Origin: a virus
Direction: 5' to 3' (one strand)
Length of the DNA stretch: 58,113 nucleotides
IMG/VR virus record: IMGVR_UViG_3300035529_000070
Span: 1-58,113 of that record
This document shows positions 1-7,800 of this stretch, one piece after another. The notes under the pieces were generated by a model, which searched no databases, was not told the DNA's origin, and saw only the letters and a program-made list of their open reading frames with translations. Within the stretch, counting starts at the first letter, position 1, and every line of letters starts with the position of its first letter. The translations under genes and the position numbers were made by a program.

Positions 1-3
1 GAC

Positions 4-399
4 ATGGTGCATGGGGTTATGGCGGCTCATCTGGATGAAGATGAGTCCATCTCCGGCCAAACTATTTTAGAAACAATATATGCAGATAACTTTGAAGATG
101 CTAGAAACAAGGTAGAAAGCGTTATTCTAGAATATAAAGATCAGTTCCCAGACTTTTCCATAGATGATGTGGATATAATAGAAATAGTTGACCCCGATAC
201 AGTAAAAACATATGCCGTTATAGTAGAAACGGATTTGAATATCGAAGGTCTTAAAGTTGATTCTGGAGAAGCAATACTGATGTATGTATACGGATCTAAT
301 ATGGATGAAGCTATCAGCAGTTTAAAAGAATCAGTGTTGTATGGTGAATTAAAAGAAAGAAATTTAAGTTACACTTTAAAAAAGATATCAAACGACTAG
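4..399 (+). CDS. acidic hypothetical phage protein (probably 5'-truncated by window edge)
   Basis: ORF track; runs into the next gene's RBS (ggggg at 399-403). Confidence 0.6.
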   Translation: MVHGVMAAHLDEDESISGQTILETIYADNFEDARNKVESVILEYKDQFPDFSIDDVDIIEIVDPDTVKTYAVIVETDLNIEGLKVDSGEAILMYVYGSNMDEAISSLKESVLYGELKERNLSYTLKKISND

Positions 400-410
400 G
401 GGGTAATAAA

Positions 411-728
411 ATGAAATTAACAGCAGACGAATTAAAAATGTTTAATGAAGAAGTTTACGAAGATATTTTAGACAAAATAGAGGAAGCAAACCTAGATAAC
501 AGAAGTGATTTTACAGTGGAAGATTTCAACGATTATGGTGAAGTAGAAATTATTTTAGATGAAGAAGAAGGCACTGTATCATACACTTACGGGATATCCG
601 AGCATGGATGCTCAATGCTCAACCTTAACAACATCAATTGCATAGCCAACCAACCACCATCATATGCGGAAGATCGTATAGATGATCTTCCAGAAGAATT
701 TTTAAATAAATTAAGGGGTGATGAATAA
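411..728 (+). CDS. acidic hypothetical protein
   Basis: ORF with RBS; TAATG coupling to the next ORF. Confidence 0.7.
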   Translation: MKLTADELKMFNEEVYEDILDKIEEANLDNRSDFTVEDFNDYGEVEIILDEEEGTVSYTYGISEHGCSMLNLNNINCIANQPPSYAEDRIDDLPEEFLNKLRGDE

Positions 729-883
729 TGTATATAGTATTAGAAACTTTTTGGCAAGATAATATATGTATTATAACCGATGAACAAGGGGATACAAAGT
801 TATTTGATACAAAAGAAGAAGCTGAAAAAGAAGCTAAAGAATTACAACAAGGTTTAGTTGTAGAAGTTCATCCAAAAGCATAA
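728..883 (+). CDS. 51-aa hypothetical protein (MYIVLETFWQDNICIITDEQGDTKLFDTKEEAEKEAKELQQGLVVEVHPKA)
   Basis: Hand-translated, not in ORF track; aaggggtg RBS and TAATG overlap. Confidence 0.7.
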   Translation: MYIVLETFWQDNICIITDEQGDTKLFDTKEEAEKEAKELQQGLVVEVHPKA

Positions 884-888
884 ATGTA

Positions 889-913
889 AGGGGGGCGCAA
901 TGCCCTCTTTTTT
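889..913 (+). terminator. intrinsic terminator, repeated at about 1275-1299 and 1591-1615
   Basis: (a/g)gggcgcaatgccctc hairpin followed by a T-run; three near-identical copies. Confidence 0.75.
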
Positions 914-928
914 ATAGGAGGTATTATT

Positions 929-1261
929 ATGGCAGAAAAAACTTTGAGAGAAGCTTATAAAGAACTATATGAAGAAATAAAAACATTTAAAAACGCTGAA
1001 ACAAAAGATGATGATTTTCTAACAGAGATATATCGCAACACACAAAGAATGGAAGAATTGACATTAAAAAAAGATATATTAGAAAAGGTAGAAGAAATAA
1101 GTAGCATGGAAGATGAAGATGATAAAGCAACTTTAGATTATAAAATGGATTTTGATGATCTTATTGATTTTGTTGATTCTTATACTGATGTGTCTTATGA
1201 AGCGTGGAGTGATGACATTTATGAATTCGTAGAAAGATATTTGAATGGAGAAAGATATTAA
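929..1261 (+). CDS. hypothetical protein, MAEKTL paralog 1
   Basis: aggagg RBS; paralogous to 1315-1587. Confidence 0.8.
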   Translation: MAEKTLREAYKELYEEIKTFKNAETKDDDFLTEIYRNTQRMEELTLKKDILEKVEEISSMEDEDDKATLDYKMDFDDLIDFVDSYTDVSYEAWSDDIYEFVERYLNGERY

Positions 1262-1314
1262 TTATAAATGTAAGAGAGGGCGCAATGCCCTCTTTTTTTA
1301 TAGGAGGCGTTATC

Positions 1315-1587
1315 ATGGCAGAGAAAACTTTAAAAGAAATAGATGAACAAATAAATAAAGAAATTGAACAATTCAAGAATGGCAATAGTGACACAGTCAA
1401 TATTTATAAATTGAACTTAAAATCTGATATATTGATAGCTTTAGAAAATGAAACTGATAATGATGAAGAATATAAAGTTGATTTTGATAAATTATACAAT
1501 TACATTTTTGATAATATAACATATGAAGAAGAGCAAAGGATGGAAGGATTAACAGCTGAGATTAACAATTTTTTAGAAAGAAATTAA
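1315..1587 (+). CDS. hypothetical protein, MAEKTL paralog 2
   Basis: Start moved to ATG 1315 behind aggagg; shares MAEKTL, LKxDIL and YKxDFD with 929-1261. Confidence 0.8.
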   Translation: MAEKTLKEIDEQINKEIEQFKNGNSDTVNIYKLNLKSDILIALENETDNDEEYKVDFDKLYNYIFDNITYEEEQRMEGLTAEINNFLERN

Positions 1588-1624
1588 TTAAGAGGGCGCA
1601 ATGCCCTCTTTTTTTACCTATACA

Positions 1625-2227
1625 TTATATTTGGCTGGGGGCATTCTGTAGATTATATTGTGCCCTTAATCCATCTAATTTCCCAAATAATTCAGCCATA
1701 TTGATAGCAGATTGATGGTGTTGTTTTGTTAAATTTCTATTCTTTTCATTGCCTTCTATTCTAGGAATAGGCATTTTATTTTTATCTTGATTTGATTTCT
1801 TATAATTCCTATCTACTATTCCAACATAATTAATTGTATTAGTTTGCTTATAATTATTGGCTTTTTCTTTCTCTTTATTGCCGCTAACCTTTTTGCCTGT
1901 AAAATAGCCTAGCAATCCTCCAGCAGCACCAGCAGCGCCTCCAGCAGCGAGCCCAGCTCCAAGGCCCTTTTCATTTCCCACAGCCACTATTGTTGGCACC
2001 CCGGCTAAGACAGCACCAGTTACCCCTCCAACGGCACCACCTTTTTTCTTCTTTTTTCTACTTTGATTTTCCAAAGACAAAGCTTGAGACGTATTTGTTC
2101 TCATTAAATCTTCATCTTCATCACTATGGTATATTCCTCTTATATTGACAGGCTCTGTCATTTGATTTCCATAATAATTCAAATAATTAGTTCCTGCAGC
2201 TGTTTTTATAAATTCATTGTTTATCAT
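1625..2227 (-). CDS. glycine-zipper protein with MINNEFIKTA leader (putative virion-internal protein)
   Basis: ggaggg RBS before ATG 2227; poly-Lys run followed by a Gly/Ala hydrophobic hairpin. Confidence 0.75.
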   Translation of the reverse strand: MINNEFIKTAAGTNYLNYYGNQMTEPVNIRGIYHSDEDEDLMRTNTSQALSLENQSRKKKKKGGAVGGVTGAVLAGVPTIVAVGNEKGLGAGLAAGGAAGAAGGLLGYFTGKKVSGNKEKEKANNYKQTNTINYVGIVDRNYKKSNQDKNKMPIPRIEGNEKNRNLTKQHHQSAINMAELFGKLDGLRAQYNLQNAPSQI

Positions 2228-2283
2228 GTCATAACCCTCCAATATCAGAAAAAGCAGGAGTTTTGCTCCTGCCTTATCTATCT

Positions 2284-2667
2284 TTATCTATTGCCAAATA
2301 AAGAATTGCGCATTTGATTTCTAGTAGTATTTTGGGCAAACTGAGTTGGGGATTGAGAATCTATTTGTTGCGATAGATCAGGGGCTTGTTGTAATTTAGG
2401 CACTTGAACATTTTCTGAATCAGGATTAGACATTTGAGGTACCCCCCCTCTAGGATTAGATTCCATGCTGCCACCTTGTGTTTGCTGATTTCCACCATTA
2501 AACCAACCTTTAGCTTTATCCACTAAAGCTCCATCCATTCTGTGATTAGCATATGCCAATCCGCCGGCAGCTGTTGCAGCGGCTAATCCTCCAGCTAACC
2601 ATGGATTAATTCTTTTTTTCTTTTTTTCATCTTCGGCTAATTTGTAATATCTTGCTGTTTTAATCAT
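2284..2667 (-). CDS. MIKTARYYKLA-leader protein with poly-Lys plus Gly/Ala helix
   Basis: ggagg RBS; leader shared with 23115-23519. Confidence 0.75.
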   Translation of the reverse strand: MIKTARYYKLAEDEKKKKRINPWLAGGLAAATAAGGLAYANHRMDGALVDKAKGWFNGGNQQTQGGSMESNPRGGVPQMSNPDSENVQVPKLQQAPDLSQQIDSQSPTQFAQNTTRNQMRNSLFGNR

Positions 2668-2680
2668 AAAAAATTACCTC

Positions 2681-4120
2681 CTATTTTCTGTTTAAAGCGT
2701 AATCATAATCTATTTTTTTACTATATGGATTTTTGTTTGTTTTTTTAGAAACCTCAAGATCAATTTGAGCTTTTCTCAAATCTCTACTTTCAGCTATTTG
2801 AGTTTTTTTCCCTGACATATTATTGCTGTTATACACCTTATGTAATTTGTTATAACCTCCAACCTCTTTAGCTCCAGAAGCCTGTGAACTTAATGATTTA
2901 GATAAATATCCTTTGCCTAAATCAGAATGGAAATTTTTATACTTACCTTTAGCTTTGTTTAATTGTTGCATAGACTTGCCAGCGTTTTGACTAGTATTTC
3001 TCAAAGATTGCATGAACTTTCCAAGGTTGGCATAAGCTTCTTTAGCAAACTTAAAGTCATCTTCTATTTTTACAGTTGCAGATATGCTATGGTCTGAAGC
3101 AGTTTTCAATCTATTCATAGCCGCATCATATGCAGGCCTATATGGACTTCCACCTTTTAAAGCTTTAGTGTAAGAATATTCGTCTATTTGATCTTGACGT
3201 TTTTTCTTGGCTACACGATCAGCTATCCATCCACCAGCAACACCTGCAGCAGCACCGGCAGCTCCCCAGCCTGCAGCACCTTTTAATGCATTACCCCATT
3301 TGTTAGGCGTATTACTAGGGTTTGCTTGAGGAGGGGTTTGATTTTGATCAGGAGAACCCGCCCCTGTAATAGTATCTACTCCAGCTATGCTTTTTTGTAC
3401 AACCCCCGGAAGTCTATCTGCTGGATTTGGCGCATTATTGTCTGTTGGTATTGATTTTGTAGCCCCTCTTATAGCACCAGCACCGGCTCCTACTAATGCA
3501 CCAGTTCCCATACCCCCTAAAAGCTTTCTCCATGTTTCTTCCCTATTCCACTTTTTTTCATTTTCTTTAAAATCATTAAAATATCTTCGATCTACATCAC
3601 TCATACTTTGATAATCTCTTGCCCTCATATCTTGTAATTTTCTTTTTTCTATCTCAGTTAATTTGGCAAGTTTTAACATAGGTTCTACGTTGTCATTGTA
3701 TAAAACATAATCAACTCCAGCAGAAAATGCAGCTATCTTTTGCATATTTATACTAGCTGTTTTCTCCTGTCTTTTTCTTTCTTTGTTTGTAGCGTTGGCT
3801 AATCCAGCAATACTTGAAGTAGCACCAATACCAGCTCCAGCGGCACCACCTAATAATCCCGCTTTTGTCTTAAGCCAAGGAAAATCAACTCCAGCTTGTT
3901 GCCAAGCTTTTTGTCCTTTGTGGCCTAACGCAGCACCAAGCCCAGCACCTATTGCTCCACCAGCTAAAGCAGCACCCATAGCATTATTTTTCAATACTCT
4001 TTTTTTATCTTTTTTTCTCTGTTTTTGCGAATATTCTTGGTATATATCTCTATCCAAATGGTCTTCTACACCATATCCTTGAGGAACCATTTGGGAAGCC
4101 ATTTTTGTTAAACTTTTCAT
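2681..4120 (-). CDS. 479-aa multi-glycine-zipper protein with internal K-x-A motifs
   Basis: ggagg RBS; four Gly-zipper segments; KMAS, KTAS, KIAA, KLAK, KTAS and KEAY motifs. Confidence 0.8.
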   Translation of the reverse strand: MKSLTKMASQMVPQGYGVEDHLDRDIYQEYSQKQRKKDKKRVLKNNAMGAALAGGAIGAGLGAALGHKGQKAWQQAGVDFPWLKTKAGLLGGAAGAGIGATSSIAGLANATNKERKRQEKTASINMQKIAAFSAGVDYVLYNDNVEPMLKLAKLTEIEKRKLQDMRARDYQSMSDVDRRYFNDFKENEKKWNREETWRKLLGGMGTGALVGAGAGAIRGATKSIPTDNNAPNPADRLPGVVQKSIAGVDTITGAGSPDQNQTPPQANPSNTPNKWGNALKGAAGWGAAGAAAGVAGGWIADRVAKKKRQDQIDEYSYTKALKGGSPYRPAYDAAMNRLKTASDHSISATVKIEDDFKFAKEAYANLGKFMQSLRNTSQNAGKSMQQLNKAKGKYKNFHSDLGKGYLSKSLSSQASGAKEVGGYNKLHKVYNSNNMSGKKTQIAESRDLRKAQIDLEVSKKTNKNPYSKKIDYDYALNRK

Positions 4121-4228
4121 TAATAAAACCTCCCTAGTCTATGTTCATTATAGATTGTATCACGAAAGGTTGTTGTTGAACGGTAAAATAAAAATTAGAA
4201 AATCCTTGGTATATGTAACATGAAAAAA

Positions 4229-4263
4229 TTAGCGTAAGTCCAGACCAATCGGCTGGCAGCTAA
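4229..4263 (+). promoter_or_regulatory. structured 5' leader motif, copy 1
   Basis: ttagc-gtaagt-ccagacc(aatc)ggctgg-ca-gctaa, then aggagg. Confidence 0.6.
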
Positions 4264-4276
4264 AGGAGGACATTAT

Positions 4277-4456
4277 ATGTTTAATTTTTTAATTTCTGTT
4301 TTGTTTTCTTTATTGATGTTAGTTATTGTTGGACCTGCGTATTTATTATTATTGGTACCAGTATTATTTGTTCTTGTGTTTGTAGGACCGCTTGCAGCAC
4401 TTGGTGTGCTGCAAGTTGGAACAGTAGCAGTATTGCTACTAGTTCTGATAATATAA
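4277..4456 (+). CDS. 59-aa membrane peptide with no charged residues
   Basis: Hand-translated MFNFLISVLFSLLMLVIVGPAYLLLLVPVLFVLVFVGPLAALGVLQVGTVAVLLLVLII; aggagg RBS; followed by a terminator. Confidence 0.7.
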   Translation: MFNFLISVLFSLLMLVIVGPAYLLLLVPVLFVLVFVGPLAALGVLQVGTVAVLLLVLII

Positions 4457-4580
4457 AAAAGGGAGAGCGAAAGCTCTCTTTCTTTTTTTTACCTATATAA
4501 ACTAACATATAATAAAATGAAAAAAATCAAAAAATGTTGGTATATATAATATGTAAGGATTAGAAGATATTCTAGTCCAC

Positions 4581-4613
4581 CCTCGTAAGACCAGACCGCA
4601 AGGCTGGCAGAGG
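4581..4613 (+). promoter_or_regulatory. structured 5' leader motif, copy 2
   Basis: cctc-gtaaga-ccagacc(gcaa)ggctgg-ca-gagg, then aaaggag. Confidence 0.6.
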
Positions 4614-4627
4614 AAAGGAGATTTAAT

Positions 4628-4951
4628 ATGAATATAATAAATTGCACACCCCACCCATTAAATATTAAAAAAGGATCAGAAACAATAACCATCCAACCCT
4701 CTGGGATTATTCCCAGAGTAAAAACAGAAACAAAAACCGTTGAAGGACTTAACGGTTTTGAAGTTAAAGAATCAAGATCCACAGGTGTAGAAGGTTTACC
4801 TGCACCTGAAAAAGATACCATCTACGTAGTATCAGCAATGGTAGCACAAGCTACCGATAGAAACGATGTAGTATCCCCAAACACTGGGGAAGCTCTTCGA
4901 AATGAAAAAGGGCACATTGTGGCTGTGCCCGGATTCGTTAAGTACGTTTAA
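4628..4951 (+). CDS. conserved hypothetical phage protein (N-x-TPH...GLP family)
   Basis: IINCTPHPL, PSGIIPRV and GLPAPEKDTIYVVS motifs. Confidence 0.75.
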   Translation: MNIINCTPHPLNIKKGSETITIQPSGIIPRVKTETKTVEGLNGFEVKESRSTGVEGLPAPEKDTIYVVSAMVAQATDRNDVVSPNTGEALRNEKGHIVAVPGFVKYV

Positions 4952-4955
4952 GCCA

Positions 4956-5021
4956 CTGTCGAAACGAGGGTTCTGCCCTCGTCTGGTAGGGATGACCTCC
5001 TGCCACTGATGAGACAGGTCA
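4956..5021 (+). ncRNA. type II hammerhead ribozyme
   Basis: Stem II ctgtc/gacag; GAAA; stem III cgaggg/ccctcg; GUC cleavage triplet 4981-4983; stem I tggtagg/cctgcca; CUGAUGA core 5006-5012; loop I tgacc can pair with 3' ggtca. Confidence 0.93.
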
Positions 5022-5091
5022 GTAACAAAGGCTACGTGTCGGAAGCCTATAATTCTGACAAATCAATAATACCCGAAGGAGGGATTATTAT

Positions 5092-5391
5092 ATGACATTG
5101 AAAGATAAGGTAGATTCCATCAAATCATGGATGAAAAAGGAATATGAATTAAAAGTAGAAAGTATCCCAAAATCGTCTTTTGACGATTTTGAGGAAGAAT
5201 TAAAAGAAATTTTATTTCCGCATTTAATTGCGGAAGATGCAAAAAAGAAAAAAGCTCAAGAAATACTTGAGCTAGAAAGAATCAAAGACAAAATAGGCCG
5301 TTATGGCCTAGAAGAATTAAATGATTTTAACATTTTGTCATGGGCTGAAGAAATAGCCTTGGCAAATTTAAAGAAAATTTCAAGAGGCTGA
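5092..5391 (+). CDS. hypothetical protein
   Basis: aaggagg RBS; terminator follows. Confidence 0.75.
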   Translation: MTLKDKVDSIKSWMKKEYELKVESIPKSSFDDFEEELKEILFPHLIAEDAKKKKAQEILELERIKDKIGRYGLEELNDFNILSWAEEIALANLKKISRG

Positions 5392-5483
5392 ACACGCACC
5401 TCTTTTTTTACCTATACAGAAAATAAAAAATGAAAATTCTTGGTATATATAATATGTAAGGATTAGAAAATATTCTAATCTGC

Positions 5484-5516
5484 CCTCGTAAGACCAGACC
5501 GCAAGGCTGGCTGAGG
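5484..5516 (+). promoter_or_regulatory. structured 5' leader motif, copy 3
   Basis: cctc-gtaaga-ccagacc(gcaa)ggctgg-ct-gagg, then aaaggag; about 90 bp upstream of the start nearly identical to 4538-4627. Confidence 0.6.
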
Positions 5517-5530
5517 AAAGGAGTTTTAAT

Positions 5531-5935
5531 ATGAAATTAGTTAATTTTATGGAAATAATTGAAGGAGATTTTGATGAAAACTATGAAACAAGAGAAAAAG
5601 ACCAAAGAATTTGGGGTTCGAAAGGAAATTTCACATTTTTAAGAAATGATAGAGCAGACCAATATGAAATGTATTCAAAAGAACAAGCTGAAGAAATTAG
5701 GAGATTTATTGAGGATTATTACGAAAGATTTATGGTTGATCCAGAACAAGCATATGAAGACCAAGAACTTCATTATAATTTGGTTGGTTATAAAGAATAT
5801 AGAAACGGAGATGAAGAAGTAAAAAGAATTTCAATAGTTCCTACTGACGATGAAGATGAAAAAGATTTAAATCGTTATATAGAAAATTTTTTAAAAACCA
5901 ATGGCAGAGGAATATGTATAGAGTATATCAGATAA
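5531..5935 (+). CDS. hypothetical protein
   Basis: aaaggag RBS. Confidence 0.75.
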   Translation: MKLVNFMEIIEGDFDENYETREKDQRIWGSKGNFTFLRNDRADQYEMYSKEQAEEIRRFIEDYYERFMVDPEQAYEDQELHYNLVGYKEYRNGDEEVKRISIVPTDDEDEKDLNRYIENFLKTNGRGICIEYIR

Positions 5936-6062
5936 TCTTTTACTCAGCCCGATTTGTCGGGTGAAGAATAAAGACGGCGCACCACGCGCCTCTTTTTTTA
6001 CCTATACAAACACATGATCTTGTTGTATAATATAGAAGAATACTATATAAGGAGATGTTTAT

Positions 6063-6242
6063 ATGCCAACTTACAACTTTAAATGTGTTAACTGTGGACA
6101 TGTATCTAAAGTAAGTATGACTATAGAGGAATATGATAAACAAAAAACAGTTATATGTGGAAGATGTGGCGATGTTATGGAAAGACTTTATGGAAAGATG
6201 GATTTTGTATTACGTGGTGGTGGTTTTTACTCTAAAAAATAG
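6063..6242 (+). CDS. FmdB-family zinc-ribbon protein
   Basis: Hand-translated MPTYNFKCVNCGH...CGRCG...FVLRGGGFY; aaggag RBS. Confidence 0.85.
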   Translation: MPTYNFKCVNCGHVSKVSMTIEEYDKQKTVICGRCGDVMERLYGKMDFVLRGGGFYSKK

Positions 6243-6247
6243 AAAAT

Positions 6248-6519
6248 GCAGGACAATAGCCCTGCGTATATAAAATATATCGGCGTCTCGCATATAATAA
6301 TGACAAAATTATTATAACATACAGATAAAGAAAAAGCAAGACCCTAAGGTCTTGCGAGCAAAAGGAAATTTTAAAAAAATTTCACTATGGATTATTTTTA
6401 TTATAACATATAGATAAAGAAAAAGCAAGACCCTTAGGTCTTGCCAGCTATTTTACTAATATTTAGTAAAGGTAGTATTATTATATACAAATTATATCAT
6501 TTATCTTCATAATTGTCAA
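6248..6519 (-). ncRNA. three tandem promoter / ~45-nt unique segment / terminator units (candidate sRNA array)
   Basis: TTGACA-17-TATAAT and two TTGCTT-17-TATAAT promoters, each followed by a terminator hairpin; 45-bp direct repeat at 6311-6355 and 6400-6444. Confidence 0.6.
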
Positions 6520-7318
6520 AAATTTCTGCATAAGGGATTATATTCTTATAATCTTTCACAACCCTACTATCTTCTATCACTCTCCTGAATTTCTGTACAG
6601 TTTTTTCTAATCGTTCAACAGAACCTTTTGCTGTGAATATTATTCCCTGCATTTGACGAGAAGTATCTACATGTTTGTCATCCTGCACGGAAAACTCGGC
6701 ATAATTCAAGAACTGTATTACCTTATACAAATCAGTTTCTAATTCCTCGAGAACACCGTATCTGGAGTTGTATATATCCACAATGATGTTGTATTCGCCG
6801 TTAGGAAAATAAGGTTTTAGTTGATTTATATAATCATTAGCTACCAGGATATACCTCTTGTTATCCCTCACATATGTGAACTCCAAACTACTATCCAAAT
6901 AATCGACCATGATATCGTCTGTTAATATTCCGTTATCCATCCTGTCGGCTAAATACTTAATCATATCTTCGTTAAAATACCTTTTCTGATGAGTGGCTTT
7001 GCCGTTTATTTGTATATCGTATACCGTTTCTAGATAATCCCATGCGGAATATTTAGCCTGATTCTCATCGATGGAATCGTTGATCATGGAAACGCCTGAA
7101 TTCATAAAGTCAGCTATTGCAGCCCACATCAAGTTGGATGATTTCTTGTTTTGCTCGAAAGACTTGTAGATGTGGTTGTTCAGAAAGTGTTTTACACCTT
7201 TTTCTTTCTTCTCGAAATACAAGATGTTTCCCACTATCTTCACCAACAATTCAAACCTCACATCAACCGGTAATATACCTTCTTCAGGCAAAACACTTAA
7301 ACTGTCTTTGTAATACAT
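6497..7318 (-). CDS. hypothetical protein (273 aa)
   Basis: gaaagga RBS; long ORF. Confidence 0.8.
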   Translation of the reverse strand: MYYKDSLSVLPEEGILPVDVRFELLVKIVGNILYFEKKEKGVKHFLNNHIYKSFEQNKKSSNLMWAAIADFMNSGVSMINDSIDENQAKYSAWDYLETVYDIQINGKATHQKRYFNEDMIKYLADRMDNGILTDDIMVDYLDSSLEFTYVRDNKRYILVANDYINQLKPYFPNGEYNIIVDIYNSRYGVLEELETDLYKVIQFLNYAEFSVQDDKHVDTSRQMQGIIFTAKGSVERLEKTVQKFRRVIEDSRVVKDYKNIIPYAEIFDNYEDK

Positions 7319-7335
7319 AATTTCACATCCTTTCA

Positions 7336-7358
7336 GAGTTTTTGGTTTACTCCAAACC
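7336..7358 (-). promoter_or_regulatory. H-type pseudoknot immediately 5' of the SD
   Basis: Sense GGTTT-G-GAGT-AAACC-AAAA-ACTC; second covarying copy at 21830-21856. Confidence 0.55.
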
Positions 7359-7480
7359 TTTTATATTAACTGCAAAGCAGTTTTTAGAAAGAATATCTTA
7401 TACAAATTATACCATATGAAAAGGCAAAAGAAAAGGGCAGGTTCCCCTGCCTTGGTAAAAAACATATATATCAAGTGATT

Positions 7481-7768
7481 TTATTGTAGACTTTTTTTTA
7501 TTTCCATAGATGTTATTTTGCCGTCTGTTTTTTGGATAATAAGAAGAATGTCTATTGAATCTGTAAAAACTATTATCCCTTCAGCTTGTTTTAACTTCTT
7601 GTCTTCAGTAATTCCTCTTTTATCAAATTCTTTGCTAACATTTCCCTCCGGAATACCAAGATCCTTTGTTAAAGCAGATAACATTTCATCAGTTGTTGTT
7701 CCAATATAATTTTTACAAATATTAGTAACTGAATCCAACAACCTTTCGTTTTCCTTAGTGATAGCCAT
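7481..7768 (-). CDS. hypothetical protein, paralog of 7801-8208
   Basis: ggaggg RBS; shares KRGITEDKKxKQAEGI and QKTxGKITSMEI. Confidence 0.8.
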   Translation of the reverse strand: MAITKENERLLDSVTNICKNYIGTTTDEMLSALTKDLGIPEGNVSKEFDKRGITEDKKLKQAEGIIVFTDSIDILLIIQKTDGKITSMEIKKSLQ

Positions 7769-7800
7769 TAAATTCCCCTCCTGTTGTCTGAGTGATTTTG

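Noticed and set aside
3387-4082. Pro/Ala-rich plus-strand ORFs (also 23251-23433 and 23883-24092)
   Set aside because: Antisense shadows of Gly-zipper codons.
4323-4821. Minus-strand ORFs 4323-4508 and 4489-4821
   Set aside because: They lie opposite well-supported plus-strand cassettes that have RBS, leader and terminator.
6311-6444. CRISPR mini-array reading of the 45-bp repeat
   Set aside because: Only two full repeats, and the repeat is fully explained as terminator plus sigma70 promoter; kept as an sRNA-array finding instead.
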